Origin: a bacterium
Lineage (GTDB): Bacteria > Patescibacteriota > Microgenomatia > UBA1400 > PJMF01
Length of the DNA stretch: 64,000 nucleotides
Direction: 5' to 3'
Assembly (NCBI GenBank): GCA_900299405.1
Contig: OMJP01000025.1
Location: forward strand, 3,017 to 67,016
Position 1 is the first letter of the stretch. Each line of letters starts with the position of its first letter. Below, piece after piece: positions 39,891-48,273 of the stretch. Under the pieces are notes generated by a model that was not told the DNA's origin, did not search any database, and worked only from the letters and a program-made list of their open reading frames with translations. The position numbers were made by a program, and so were the translations under genes.

Positions 39891-41813
39891 TTATGGAACT
39901 GGCTCCAAAAGTTTATCCATTTCTATAGAAGCAACCCCAATTACTCGATCAGCACCGCCATAATAAACAAATAGTTTTCCATCTTTAATCACTGATCCAC
40001 ATGAGAAAACTACATTATTAACAATGCCTTGTTTTTCCCAATTTTCAACAGGTTCTAAAATAGGATACTCGCTCCTAAAAATAACCCTAAATGGGTCATT
40101 AATATCCATCACTAAATAACCAAGACGATAATTTTTATCTGCCTGACTAACTCCGTGATATACCAATAGCCAGCCTTTTTCAGTTCTCATGGGGGGGCCA
40201 GCGATACCAATCTTAGCGCTATCCCATCTTCCTGGTCTTGGAGAAATATAACCCTCCTTTTCCAACCACTCTCTTTCAACAAAATCTAAATCATCAACTA
40301 GATCAACCGCAATGTCATGACCCAGGGCTCTGTGAAGAATCACAAACTTATCATTGATTTTTTCTGGGAATAAACAGGCATTTTTGTTATCAGTGGTTGG
40401 ATCAGAAATTAAAGTTGGCTCACTCCACAACCAATTATTGTTTTTTAGGTCTTTAGCACTAATGCTAGTTAAAGCAACCTGCGGAGGACGAACACCATCA
40501 TAGGCTGTATAAAACATGTAGTATCTATCACCAAACAAAGTCATTCTTGGGTCTTCACAACCAGAAAATCCATTTTCATGAACTTTTTTCTCAAACTCCA
40601 TTCTTGGAATATAAACTGGGTCGTGAAATTTTTGTTCAAAGTTAACCCCATCCTTACTCACTGCGTGACCAATGGTGGAAGTATTGTCCCAAGACATGGC
40701 TCTATAAAATAAATGAACTTCATCATCAACTAAAGTTGCAGCTGTATTAAAAACAGCCTGGGCTTGCCAAGTTTGACTCTCATTTGGTTGCAAAATTGGC
40801 TCTCTTTTTTCTCTTCTTAATTTTGGTACTGCTTTATATTTACTTTGCTTTAAATAACTAAGAAAAGGCTCTAGCTTTAACTTAGCCATTGCCACCACCG
40901 TATCTGCTGCTCCATAGTAAACCCAGAGTTCACTGCCTCTTATTAACAAACCTGATGGGAAAATCACATTGGGAATTACACCCTTTAACTCATATTCAAG
41001 CTCTGGTTCTAAAAATGGCGCCTCGGTTCTACCAATAATCTTGCTTGGATCATCTAGGTCTAAAAGCAGGGCCTCAATACCAAAGATTCTTCTGTCATGG
41101 TTGTGATAGTGCTGGATATGAGAGTAAACAAACACCCAGCCTTCACTAGTTTTAACTGGTACAGCACCAACCTCAACATGATCAGTATTCAATCTTGGAA
41201 TTGGTAAGGCATGTTTTTCAAAGTCACGATACCAAGTATTCCAAAATTCCTGATCCCAGATTTGCTCCAATGAATCAAATTTAACCATCGCAATATAAGA
41301 TGGTGGTCTATCTGTATTAACTGTCAAAAAAGCAACATATTGCCCATTAATCTTTTCTGGAAAGAGAACCATGGCTTTAGCATTAAATGGAGTAACAAGA
41401 TGTTTACTGGTAATAGTTTTTAGATCTGGGCTAATAGCCAGCCCAACTTTAATTGAGTCGGCATTCGGTGGAAAATCAGAAAGGCCAGTATAAAAAATCA
41501 AATACTGATCTCCAATTTTAGTTACCCTTGGATCCTCACAACCAAACTTATCCCATGGCTCTGATGGTGTAATTAGCTGGCTAATATTTGTGATTTCACA
41601 AGCCTCGGTTCCCTCGGCATAACCTATGGTTGAAACACGGTAGTTTCTGCCCTCATACTCTTGCTCTTCAGATTCAGCTCGAAAAAGAAGACCTATTCTT
41701 TCACCTAAATCAATAGTGGAAGCATTAAAAACAGCTTTTGCTTGCCACAATAATTTTGGATCTGGAGATAGCACTGGATTTTGCTCGCAGCGTTCAGCCA
41801 TAATTTTACTCAT
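39891..41813 (-). CDS. GH130-like glycosidase/mannoside phosphorylase with two tandem beta-propeller domains
   Basis: Two copies of VFN..., GCEDPR and V(I/V)F..G...YYG(A/G)AD; SD GAGGAGG before ATG 41813. Confidence 0.88.
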   Translation of the reverse strand: MSKIMAERCEQNPVLSPDPKLLWQAKAVFNASTIDLGERIGLLFRAESEEQEYEGRNYRVSTIGYAEGTEACEITNISQLITPSEPWDKFGCEDPRVTKIGDQYLIFYTGLSDFPPNADSIKVGLAISPDLKTITSKHLVTPFNAKAMVLFPEKINGQYVAFLTVNTDRPPSYIAMVKFDSLEQIWDQEFWNTWYRDFEKHALPIPRLNTDHVEVGAVPVKTSEGWVFVYSHIQHYHNHDRRIFGIEALLLDLDDPSKIIGRTEAPFLEPELEYELKGVIPNVIFPSGLLIRGSELWVYYGAADTVVAMAKLKLEPFLSYLKQSKYKAVPKLRREKREPILQPNESQTWQAQAVFNTAATLVDDEVHLFYRAMSWDNTSTIGHAVSKDGVNFEQKFHDPVYIPRMEFEKKVHENGFSGCEDPRMTLFGDRYYMFYTAYDGVRPPQVALTSISAKDLKNNNWLWSEPTLISDPTTDNKNACLFPEKINDKFVILHRALGHDIAVDLVDDLDFVEREWLEKEGYISPRPGRWDSAKIGIAGPPMRTEKGWLLVYHGVSQADKNYRLGYLVMDINDPFRVIFRSEYPILEPVENWEKQGIVNNVVFSCGSVIKDGKLFVYYGGADRVIGVASIEMDKLLEPVP

Positions 41814-43341
41814 AATATGCCTCCTCATCGACAGCCATTAATACTGAGTCTAAATCTGTGACTCCGGTCTTCTTTAAGTCACCAATAAAATCTTTTAGAT
41901 TTGCAGTGGCAACACAAACATAGGAGTCAGCTCCTCCATAATACACAAATAAAGTGTTGTCTTTAATTACAGCACCACATGGATAAACCACTCCAGCCTT
42001 AAATCCAACATTTTCATATTCTTCTCGTGGAAGAAGAATTGGCTCAGCAGATCTAGCAATAACTTTCGTTGGATCTTCTAGATCTAATAACATTGCTCCG
42101 ACCTTATATTCACTAGCATCTTTGTCATCAACTGCTTGATAAATTAGCAACCATCCCTCATCAGTCTTAAGAGGGGGAGCCCCAGCTCCAATTTTTCTGC
42201 TATCCCACCATTCTTTAGATCTTGGCTCAATTTTATGTTCACCATAAACAAAGGTTTTGCCATCAAAATCATCAAGCGAATCAACATAATCAATTAAAAT
42301 ATTTGGGAAAACCCGATGCATAATTGCATATTTGCCGTTAATTTTTTCTGGAAAAATTACAGCACTTTTATCAACTACTCCAGGAGGGGAGATAAGAACT
42401 GGTTTCTCCCAAATAAAGTTATTATCCAAGAAGTCTTTCAAGGCAATTGAAGTCAAAGCTACTCTTGGAGGACTCCAACCATCATAAGCAACATAGGTCA
42501 TATAAACCTTATCATCAATTACTGTTGTTCTTGGATCTTCAACTCCTCCACAACCACCGCCAGAAACAAAAGAATTATTTGGATCACCCAGTGGCAAACT
42601 AACCCCTTCAAATTTTTCAGAGGGACTATACACAGGACATACATGTCTATCTTCAATGGTGTAACCATCCATACTAGTTGCGTAACCGACCTGGGAGACA
42701 TAATCGAAACCTTGAGCTCGGTAAAGAATATGAACTTTATCATCGGCATAAAATGCAGCCGGATTAAAAGTATTAAATGCTTCCCATGAATTAGCACTTT
42801 TAGGTTTAATCATTGGATTATGATGATGAGGCTTGATCAGCAATGGAATTGCATGCTTAACTTCTATTTCACCTTTAAATCTGTACTTGGGATAAACCTT
42901 AGTAATTAACCCTTTAGTTTCTGATCTCCAAACAGATTCAATTTTAGAAGAAACTCTATTCAAAGAAACAAAGCTCCACTCATTGCCATAATTACCAAAT
43001 TCATAAATTAGTTTTGGTTGTTTCCATAGAAATCTTTTTGGATGAGCTGTTTCAAATAAAATAACAAAAACTTCAATCTTATCTTCTAGAAAAACATGAT
43101 AAAAAACCAAAACACCAGATTGAACAAGAAAAATATTTTCTATTTCAATCTTAGATAAAGAATCATAAAACTTATCTTTAATTATTCTCTGATAAATTGA
43201 CCTAGCTTTAGCTAATCTATCCTGACTAGTTCCCAATAAACCTCTTTGAAAACCCAAAAACCTTAGGTTCTTAACAAACCAAGGCAAAAACTTGCTAGTA
43301 GAACGAACAAATAAGTCCCTAATGATATTTAATATACTCAT
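41806..43341 (-). CDS. GH130-like glycosidase with N-terminal extension
   Basis: TFNPAAF, GVEDPR, DKSAVIFPEKING, VVYPCG, YYGGADSY. Confidence 0.88.
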   Translation of the reverse strand: MSILNIIRDLFVRSTSKFLPWFVKNLRFLGFQRGLLGTSQDRLAKARSIYQRIIKDKFYDSLSKIEIENIFLVQSGVLVFYHVFLEDKIEVFVILFETAHPKRFLWKQPKLIYEFGNYGNEWSFVSLNRVSSKIESVWRSETKGLITKVYPKYRFKGEIEVKHAIPLLIKPHHHNPMIKPKSANSWEAFNTFNPAAFYADDKVHILYRAQGFDYVSQVGYATSMDGYTIEDRHVCPVYSPSEKFEGVSLPLGDPNNSFVSGGGCGGVEDPRTTVIDDKVYMTYVAYDGWSPPRVALTSIALKDFLDNNFIWEKPVLISPPGVVDKSAVIFPEKINGKYAIMHRVFPNILIDYVDSLDDFDGKTFVYGEHKIEPRSKEWWDSRKIGAGAPPLKTDEGWLLIYQAVDDKDASEYKVGAMLLDLEDPTKVIARSAEPILLPREEYENVGFKAGVVYPCGAVIKDNTLFVYYGGADSYVCVATANLKDFIGDLKKTGVTDLDSVLMAVDEEAYYE

Positions 43342-43461
43342 GGAAGCTTTTTATGAAAACCGGATTAATAAAATAATACAGAGAAAATAGTCTGAATTAA
43401 AGATCCAATCCAATACTTTTATATACCAAACTAACAATATAAAAACAAATCATTATTAGTC

Positions 43462-43490
43462 AAAAGAAAGACCGGCTTAAGGCGCCGGTC
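43462..43490 (-). terminator. Intrinsic terminator
   Basis: GACCGGC/GCCGGTC stem plus TTTCTTTT. Confidence 0.7.
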
Positions 43491-43509
43491 AAACCTTTTT
43501 AATGGTTGC

Positions 43510-43773
43510 TTATTTCTTCTTTCGTTTCAGCCTTCGACCTAATCGCTCGAAAAACTCGAGGATTTGAACAGAAAAAATCAATCCAAGGATTCCGAAGATG
43601 ATCAGAATTACCGGAGCGCACTGCCAAACAATAGCAATAACGCCGATTGCCAAAACAACTTGCCCAAGCTGAGTGCCGAAAAACCAATTTAGTCCACTAC
43701 CGCAAAGCATGAGTAGAGCTAAAATGATAAGCAGCCAAATAAGCCTTCTCTATCTAATCACAGTATTGCTCAT
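43510..43773 (-). pseudogene. Small hydrophobic membrane protein interrupted by an in-frame TAG at codon 8
   Basis: SD GGAG plus ATG 43773 in frame with the 43510-43710 ORF; TAG at 43750-43752. Confidence 0.5.
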
Positions 43774-43877
43774 TTTTTTCTCCGGTGTTTCATGTATTTA
43801 GCGAAGCAATCTCACTAGAGAAACACCATCATTATTGTATCATAATATATCTTCAAATTGATCTTTTTTGTTATGGA

Positions 43878-43908
43878 AATAAAAAATCCCCAAAAATGGG
43901 GATTTATT
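43878..43908 (-). terminator. Terminator after tRNA-Lys(TTT)
   Basis: AAATCCCCA/TGGGGATTT hairpin with T tail. Confidence 0.75.
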
Positions 43909-43912
43909 AAAG

Positions 43913-43986
43913 TGAGTCCGCCGGGACTCGAACCCGGGACGCACAGCTTAAAAGGCTGTCGCTCTAACCGACTGAGCTACGGACCC
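43913..43986 (-). tRNA. tRNA-Lys(TTT)
   Basis: GGGTCCG acceptor, ACAGC-CTTTTAA-GCTGT, GGTTCGAGTCC. Confidence 0.95.
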
Positions 43987-44036
43987 TCGTGCAAAGACAA
44001 CATTATACCAAGACAGCGAGGTTTTGCCTGTGCCAA

Positions 44037-44603
44037 TTAATTTTTTCGAGAAATATATTCGCCGCTGTCGACATCGACAATTAATTTATCACCGGTTTTG
44101 ACAAATAGGGGAGCCTGGACAATCAAACCCGTTTCCATGGTCACGGCTTTCTTGCCGGCAGTCTGGCGATCACCAGCCACTGCTTCCTCAGCTTTTTCTA
44201 CTGTCATGGTAACTTTGGGAGGTAAACTGACGCCGATCGGTTTGTCTTCAAAAATCTGCACATAAACCTTCATCTCAGGCACCAAAAACAATTCTTTACC
44301 ATCAAACATTGCTACCGGCACCGAGATTTGTTCGTAACTGCGATTATCCATCAGCACCACTTCATCCCCAGCCAAATACAAAAACTGCAGCTCTTTTGAT
44401 TCAATATCTAGTTCCTCGGCGATATCATGTGATTTGAAAGTGTAATCGATCGTCGATCCGGACTTCAGATCGCGTAGTTTGGTCCGCATAAAAGCCGAGC
44501 CCCGACCCATGGACCCAAAGTGAGTCCAAGTAACCGCGTGAGGCTTGCCATTGTGCAGAATGTACATTCCTTTTTTGATATTGCCAGCTTTGACTTTTGC
44601 CAT
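44037..44603 (-). CDS. efp: Elongation factor P
   Basis: MGRGSAFMRTKLR, LQFLY, ETGLIVQAPLFVKTGD, GEYISR. Confidence 0.93.
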   Translation of the reverse strand: MAKVKAGNIKKGMYILHNGKPHAVTWTHFGSMGRGSAFMRTKLRDLKSGSTIDYTFKSHDIAEELDIESKELQFLYLAGDEVVLMDNRSYEQISVPVAMFDGKELFLVPEMKVYVQIFEDKPIGVSLPPKVTMTVEKAEEAVAGDRQTAGKKAVTMETGLIVQAPLFVKTGDKLIVDVDSGEYISRKN

Positions 44604-44648
44604 AGCGGGAATTGTACCCCAAAGTAAAACCCGTAAAAGGTGGAGTTT

Positions 44649-44957
44649 TTACAAAAAAGAGCTAGCCGTAATGATGGCCAAAAACAAAATCACCAACCAC
44701 AAAGCAGTATAGCCAACGGTAGCGACTGCCTGATTATTTTTTTTCTGGGTCCATAGCAAAAATGGCTGGCGAAAAACAATAAAACCACACATCAAAGCAG
44801 AAAGAACAAATAGGGTGAGACCCGTAGCGGCCACCATAGCCTCGGGTACATCGCCCAGGAAATTCTCGGCGTTTTGCATAAAAGCTACCACCAAACTGAT
44901 GTAAGCTCCCAAGCCCAAGGCCTGATAAAACCCAAGTAAAAGAGGTGACTTTTTCAT
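44649..44957 (-). CDS. Small 3-TM membrane protein
   Basis: Hydrophobic ORF, TATAAT 6 nt before ATG. Confidence 0.75.
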   Translation of the reverse strand: MKKSPLLLGFYQALGLGAYISLVVAFMQNAENFLGDVPEAMVAATGLTLFVLSALMCGFIVFRQPFLLWTQKKNNQAVATVGYTALWLVILFLAIITASSFL

Positions 44958-44980
44958 ACTTTGATTATAGCAAATTCAGA

Positions 44981-45922
44981 CTACCAACCGAGGAGTTTCA
45001 GGGATACATAAACGCCATAAAGCCCCAAGAGCAGCCAGGATTCCTTGCGTTCCAGCTTGCCACGAGAGAGTGAGAATAGCGCCACCACGATCATGGTAAA
45101 TAACAAGAATGGTAGATCGAACTGGGCTACGTGACGTTCGATCGGCAAACCAGAAATCACTGCCGCTAGTCCCAAGGCCAGCAGAATATTGATAATGTTA
45201 CTACCCACCAAATTGCTGACTGAAAGATCCTTGGCTCCCTGCATGGCAGCTTTTACCGAGACCACTAGCTCGGGCAGGCTAGTGCCAACTCCAACCAAAA
45301 CAGCTCCTACCACTAATTGGCTTACTCCCAAGCTGGCAGCAATCTCAATTCCGGATTCAATCACTCTATTGGAAGCCTCGCCCAACAGAATTATTCCAGC
45401 CAATAAAATCAAGGCCAATTTCCATGGAGGTTGCTTGTGCTTGCGTTTCTTCACGGGAGTTTTGGCTTGTGAGCGACTGACAATAATAAAATAAAACAAG
45501 TAAGTCACCAAAAATGCCCATCCTTCAGTACGACTAATCAATCCATCTGAGGCAAATACCAAAAACAACAAGGTCGCTGCCACCACTGCCAGGCCCTGGC
45601 GCCACACTTCCTGTTTTTTCATCACCATGGAACCGCCCAGTATTCCCACCGAGCCCAGCACAAACACCATGTTGCTCATGTTGGAACCAATGATGTTACC
45701 AACCACAATTCCCGCAGTATCAACTCCTTTACCATGTTCGATCGCACCAGTGACCGAGACCATGATCTCTGGCAGCCCAGTACCCAGCGCCAACACAATT
45801 AGACCGATGAAGTTTTCGCTCAGACCGAACTTTCTGGCCAAACCTAGGGCGCCCCGAATCACCAGCTCCGCCCCCAGCCACAAGCCAATGAGACCAAGAA
45901 AGAAAATTACGATTTGTTGCAC
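44981..45922 (-). CDS. Ca2+/Na+ antiporter (YrbG/CaCA family)
   Basis: GTGLPE and GTSLPE alpha repeats, GNIIGSN and NLVGSN. Confidence 0.92.
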   Translation of the reverse strand: MQQIVIFFLGLIGLWLGAELVIRGALGLARKFGLSENFIGLIVLALGTGLPEIMVSVTGAIEHGKGVDTAGIVVGNIIGSNMSNMVFVLGSVGILGGSMVMKKQEVWRQGLAVVAATLLFLVFASDGLISRTEGWAFLVTYLFYFIIVSRSQAKTPVKKRKHKQPPWKLALILLAGIILLGEASNRVIESGIEIAASLGVSQLVVGAVLVGVGTSLPELVVSVKAAMQGAKDLSVSNLVGSNIINILLALGLAAVISGLPIERHVAQFDLPFLLFTMIVVALFSLSRGKLERKESWLLLGLYGVYVSLKLLGW

Positions 45923-45968
45923 TGCTATATTAAAGCAAATTTCTCAGAACTTGGGCAGGGGAGACGCT

Positions 45969-46295
45969 TTAGCCAATGCCAAAAATCGGACCCTGACCGC
46001 CGTAAAAGTAGAGGGGCAGCCACAGCAATACCAGCGATCCTAAAACAATTTTGCCTAGCAGCCCTACCTGCTCGCGCTTGAGCACAATGTAGCAAGCCAC
46101 AATATTAAAAATCTCCAGCGGAAAAGTGGTGTAGTCACAGTAAGGATCACACCAGCGCGCCGTCAGATACTCACGGTGGCCAAAGTCAACAAACGGATTG
46201 TGAATGCCCAAAATGTCAGTCGAAATATCTCGATAGAGGTGGTAAATGGACCAGATGAAAATAATGGTGAAAGTGAATTTGGACAGTTTTGACAT
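45969..46295 (-). CDS. Hypothetical membrane protein
   Basis: 108-aa ORF with three hydrophobic segments. Confidence 0.65.
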   Translation of the reverse strand: MSKLSKFTFTIIFIWSIYHLYRDISTDILGIHNPFVDFGHREYLTARWCDPYCDYTTFPLEIFNIVACYIVLKREQVGLLGKIVLGSLVLLWLPLYFYGGQGPIFGIG

Positions 46296-46299
46296 TTTT

Positions 46300-47025
46300 T
46301 TATAGATATTTTTTTAGAAACTCAATTTCTTGCTTGTAAACTTTTTGCGCCTCATCGTAGTTCCAAGGACTATGGTCTTGTCCTGGCAAAATCATATATG
46401 GTTGATTTTTTCTTGCAACCGCATCTATGGTCTGATCTCTCAGTTCTTGAGAAACGTACTTATCTTCCTCTCCATAAACTAAATGAATTCCTCCAGAATA
46501 GCTTTCTAATGATTTGAAAAAATCAGAATCTCTGGCTTCAATCCAAAAGCTGCCTCTATATTGCTGTCCACCTTCTTCATAAACCTCATCATTTTGAACA
46601 TTTACTTTGGTTTTTGCATCAGGAACCCATAAAATTATGCACGGAATTTTTCCTTTAAATCTCTGTTGAGCTGCTACAGCCATTGTTGTTGTCGCACCCA
46701 TACTTTGACCCAATAGAGAAACTTTATAACCCTTGTTTAAATACTCTTCTGTGAAATGAGAAAGTGTATAAATCCATTCGTTGAAAGAAGAATCAAGATA
46801 GTCTCCTTCAGAGTTTCCAGAACATGGCTGGTCAAACCTCAACACCGAAAACCCTTCTCCTAGTAGCAACCTTTCAAAATCAACAAATTTTCTTGCTGGA
46901 CCAATTGATGTGCCCCTAAATCCATGAGACATTATCACAATTTTTTTATCAGACTTATCAGGCTCAGTAAGAATATTAAAAATCTTTTTATCGTTAATTT
47001 TGGCAAAGCTTATAGTTGTGCTCAT
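46300..47025 (-). CDS. Alpha/beta hydrolase
   Basis: HGF, GQSMG nucleophile elbow, GEED, DH; true start ATG 47025 (longer ORF runs through tRNA-Gly). Confidence 0.88.
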   Translation of the reverse strand: MSTTISFAKINDKKIFNILTEPDKSDKKIVIMSHGFRGTSIGPARKFVDFERLLLGEGFSVLRFDQPCSGNSEGDYLDSSFNEWIYTLSHFTEEYLNKGYKVSLLGQSMGATTTMAVAAQQRFKGKIPCIILWVPDAKTKVNVQNDEVYEEGGQQYRGSFWIEARDSDFFKSLESYSGGIHLVYGEEDKYVSQELRDQTIDAVARKNQPYMILPGQDHSPWNYDEAQKVYKQEIEFLKKYL

Positions 47026-47078
47026 TGGAAAAGTATAGCAACTACAAAATACAAAGTGTTTAAAAATAAAATCGTATG

Positions 47079-47150
47079 AGCGGGTGAAGGGAATCGAACC
47101 CTCGTCGCCAGTTTGGAAAACTGGAGCTCTAACCATTGAGCTACACCCGC
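47079..47150 (-). tRNA. tRNA-Gly(TCC)
   Basis: GCGGGTG acceptor, CCAGT-TTTCCAA-ACTGG, U73. Confidence 0.95.
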
Positions 47151-47247
47151 AATTTATATTCCAAATGTACCATAATTCTTGAGGAAAACAACCAACCCTC
47201 GGCCTGACACTGGGAATCACTTCGAGAGCTGTTATACTCAGCTTGCT

Positions 47248-47931
47248 ATGGGGCTACTCAAAAAAATGAAACTGCAATCGATGTTTTTTGCCTTTGCGTG
47301 GATGCTCGCCACCACGGGAGTGATTTTGCTATCCATGGCTGGCTTTCATTATTACAACCTCAGCCAGAAAAAAGAGTTTGCTCACCAAAGCGGATCACAG
47401 GTGGCAATCAACGAAACAGGGGATTCAGAATCTCTTGGTTCAGGAGTAAAAGGCGTGCAAACAGTAATGGAAAGCGATGACGCTCGATCAGCAATCGTGG
47501 CCAAATTTCTCGAGCGGCACAACTCACCCATGGAACCTTATGATTACTACGCCGAGGAATTAGTCCGCATCGCTGATGAATACAACCTCGATTTCCGCCT
47601 GTTGCCAGCCATCGCCATGAGAGAGAGCAATCTCTGCCGCAATACCCATTCCCAAGCACCCCATAACTGTTTAGGCTTTGGCATTCATTCCGAGGGAACT
47701 TTGGACTTCGACAGCTATCTGGCAGGCTTCGAGAGAGCAGCCAAAGAAATCAGAGCTTATTACGTCAACCAGGGGAGAATTACTACTGAAATGGTCGGGC
47801 AGAAGTACGCCAGTAGTCCTACTTGGGCAGATGGGGTGAACCAATTCATGGCAGAAATGCGCTACGATGATCGAGACTTGGGAAGAGAGCTGAAGGAAGA
47901 TGCTACGAACGTCCTGGAATTTGCTCAATAA
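47248..47931 (+). CDS. Membrane-anchored lysozyme-like (glucosaminidase-type) protein
   Basis: N-term TM, YNLDFRLLPAIAMRESN, NCLGFG, KYAS..WADGV. Confidence 0.7.
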   Translation: MGLLKKMKLQSMFFAFAWMLATTGVILLSMAGFHYYNLSQKKEFAHQSGSQVAINETGDSESLGSGVKGVQTVMESDDARSAIVAKFLERHNSPMEPYDYYAEELVRIADEYNLDFRLLPAIAMRESNLCRNTHSQAPHNCLGFGIHSEGTLDFDSYLAGFERAAKEIRAYYVNQGRITTEMVGQKYASSPTWADGVNQFMAEMRYDDRDLGRELKEDATNVLEFAQ

Positions 47932-47948
47932 TTATTCTATATAAAATC

Positions 47949-47981
47949 AAAAAAGCCTCCGCCTTGGGCGGAAGCCTTTTT
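47949..47981. terminator. Bidirectional intrinsic terminator
   Basis: A6-GCCTCCGCC-TTG-GGCGGAAGC-C-T5. Confidence 0.85.
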
Positions 47982-48033
47982 GTTCCTAACCGAAAGTCAT
48001 TTCGGCAGAGGACATTTTTTGTCAACTCGGATA
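47949..48033 (-). ncRNA. Putative small RNA antisense to the adjacent tRNA-like gene
   Basis: TTGACT-17-TAATAT promoter upstream, terminator at its end; three blocks (15, 7 and 11 nt) complementary to 48114-48154. Confidence 0.6.
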
Positions 48034-48039
48034 TTTTGG

Positions 48040-48068
48040 ATATTACTTTGCCTAATATTAAAAGTCAA
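48040..48068 (-). promoter_or_regulatory. Sigma70-type promoter for the antisense sRNA
   Basis: TTGACT (48068-48063), 17-nt spacer, TAATAT (48045-48040). Confidence 0.6.
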
Positions 48069-48082
48069 GCAAAATAAAGTTC

Positions 48083-48158
48083 TGGAGCCGCCGAGGAGAC
48101 TTACACTCCCACCTCCGAGTTGACAAAATCGGCAGTCCTCTACATGACCTTCGGCGGC
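48083..48158 (-). tRNA. Non-canonical tRNA-Thr(UGU)-like cloverleaf with 8-nt anticodon loop UUUGUCAA and encoded CCA
   Basis: GCCGCCG-AA-GGTC-ATGTAGAG-GACT-G-CCGAT-TTTGTCAA-CTCGG-AGGT-GGGAG-TGTAAGT-CTCCT-CGGCGGC-T-CCA (76 nt). Confidence 0.7.
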
Positions 48159-48239
48159 ATACAACGACTTCCAGAACAACTTCATTCTGCTGGACAAATC
48201 TGACAAAAAGCGTAACAAGAGATTAATTTAATATAGGAC

Positions 48240-48267
48240 TTGACATTATGACCTATTTTGATATATT
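48240..48267 (+). promoter_or_regulatory. Sigma70-type promoter
   Basis: TTGACA, 16-nt spacer, TGn-TATATT. Confidence 0.55.
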
Positions 48268-48273
48268 AGAGGA

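Noticed and set aside
47026-47220. N-terminal extension of the alpha/beta hydrolase ORF
   Set aside because: Runs through tRNA-Gly; a -10 box and ATG at 47025 give the sensible start.
47990-48154. Long inverted repeat read as MITE/IS ends or CRISPR repeats
   Set aside because: No transposase, target-site duplication or regular repeat-spacer array; better explained by a tRNA cloverleaf plus an antisense unit.
48083-48158. tmRNA or tRNA-Sec
   Set aside because: No G3-U70/A73 alanine identity or tag ORF, no UCA anticodon and no long variable arm.
47997-48218. 73-aa minus-strand ORF across the RNA locus
   Set aside because: TTG start without RBS, no recognisable protein features, overlaps strongly structured RNA.
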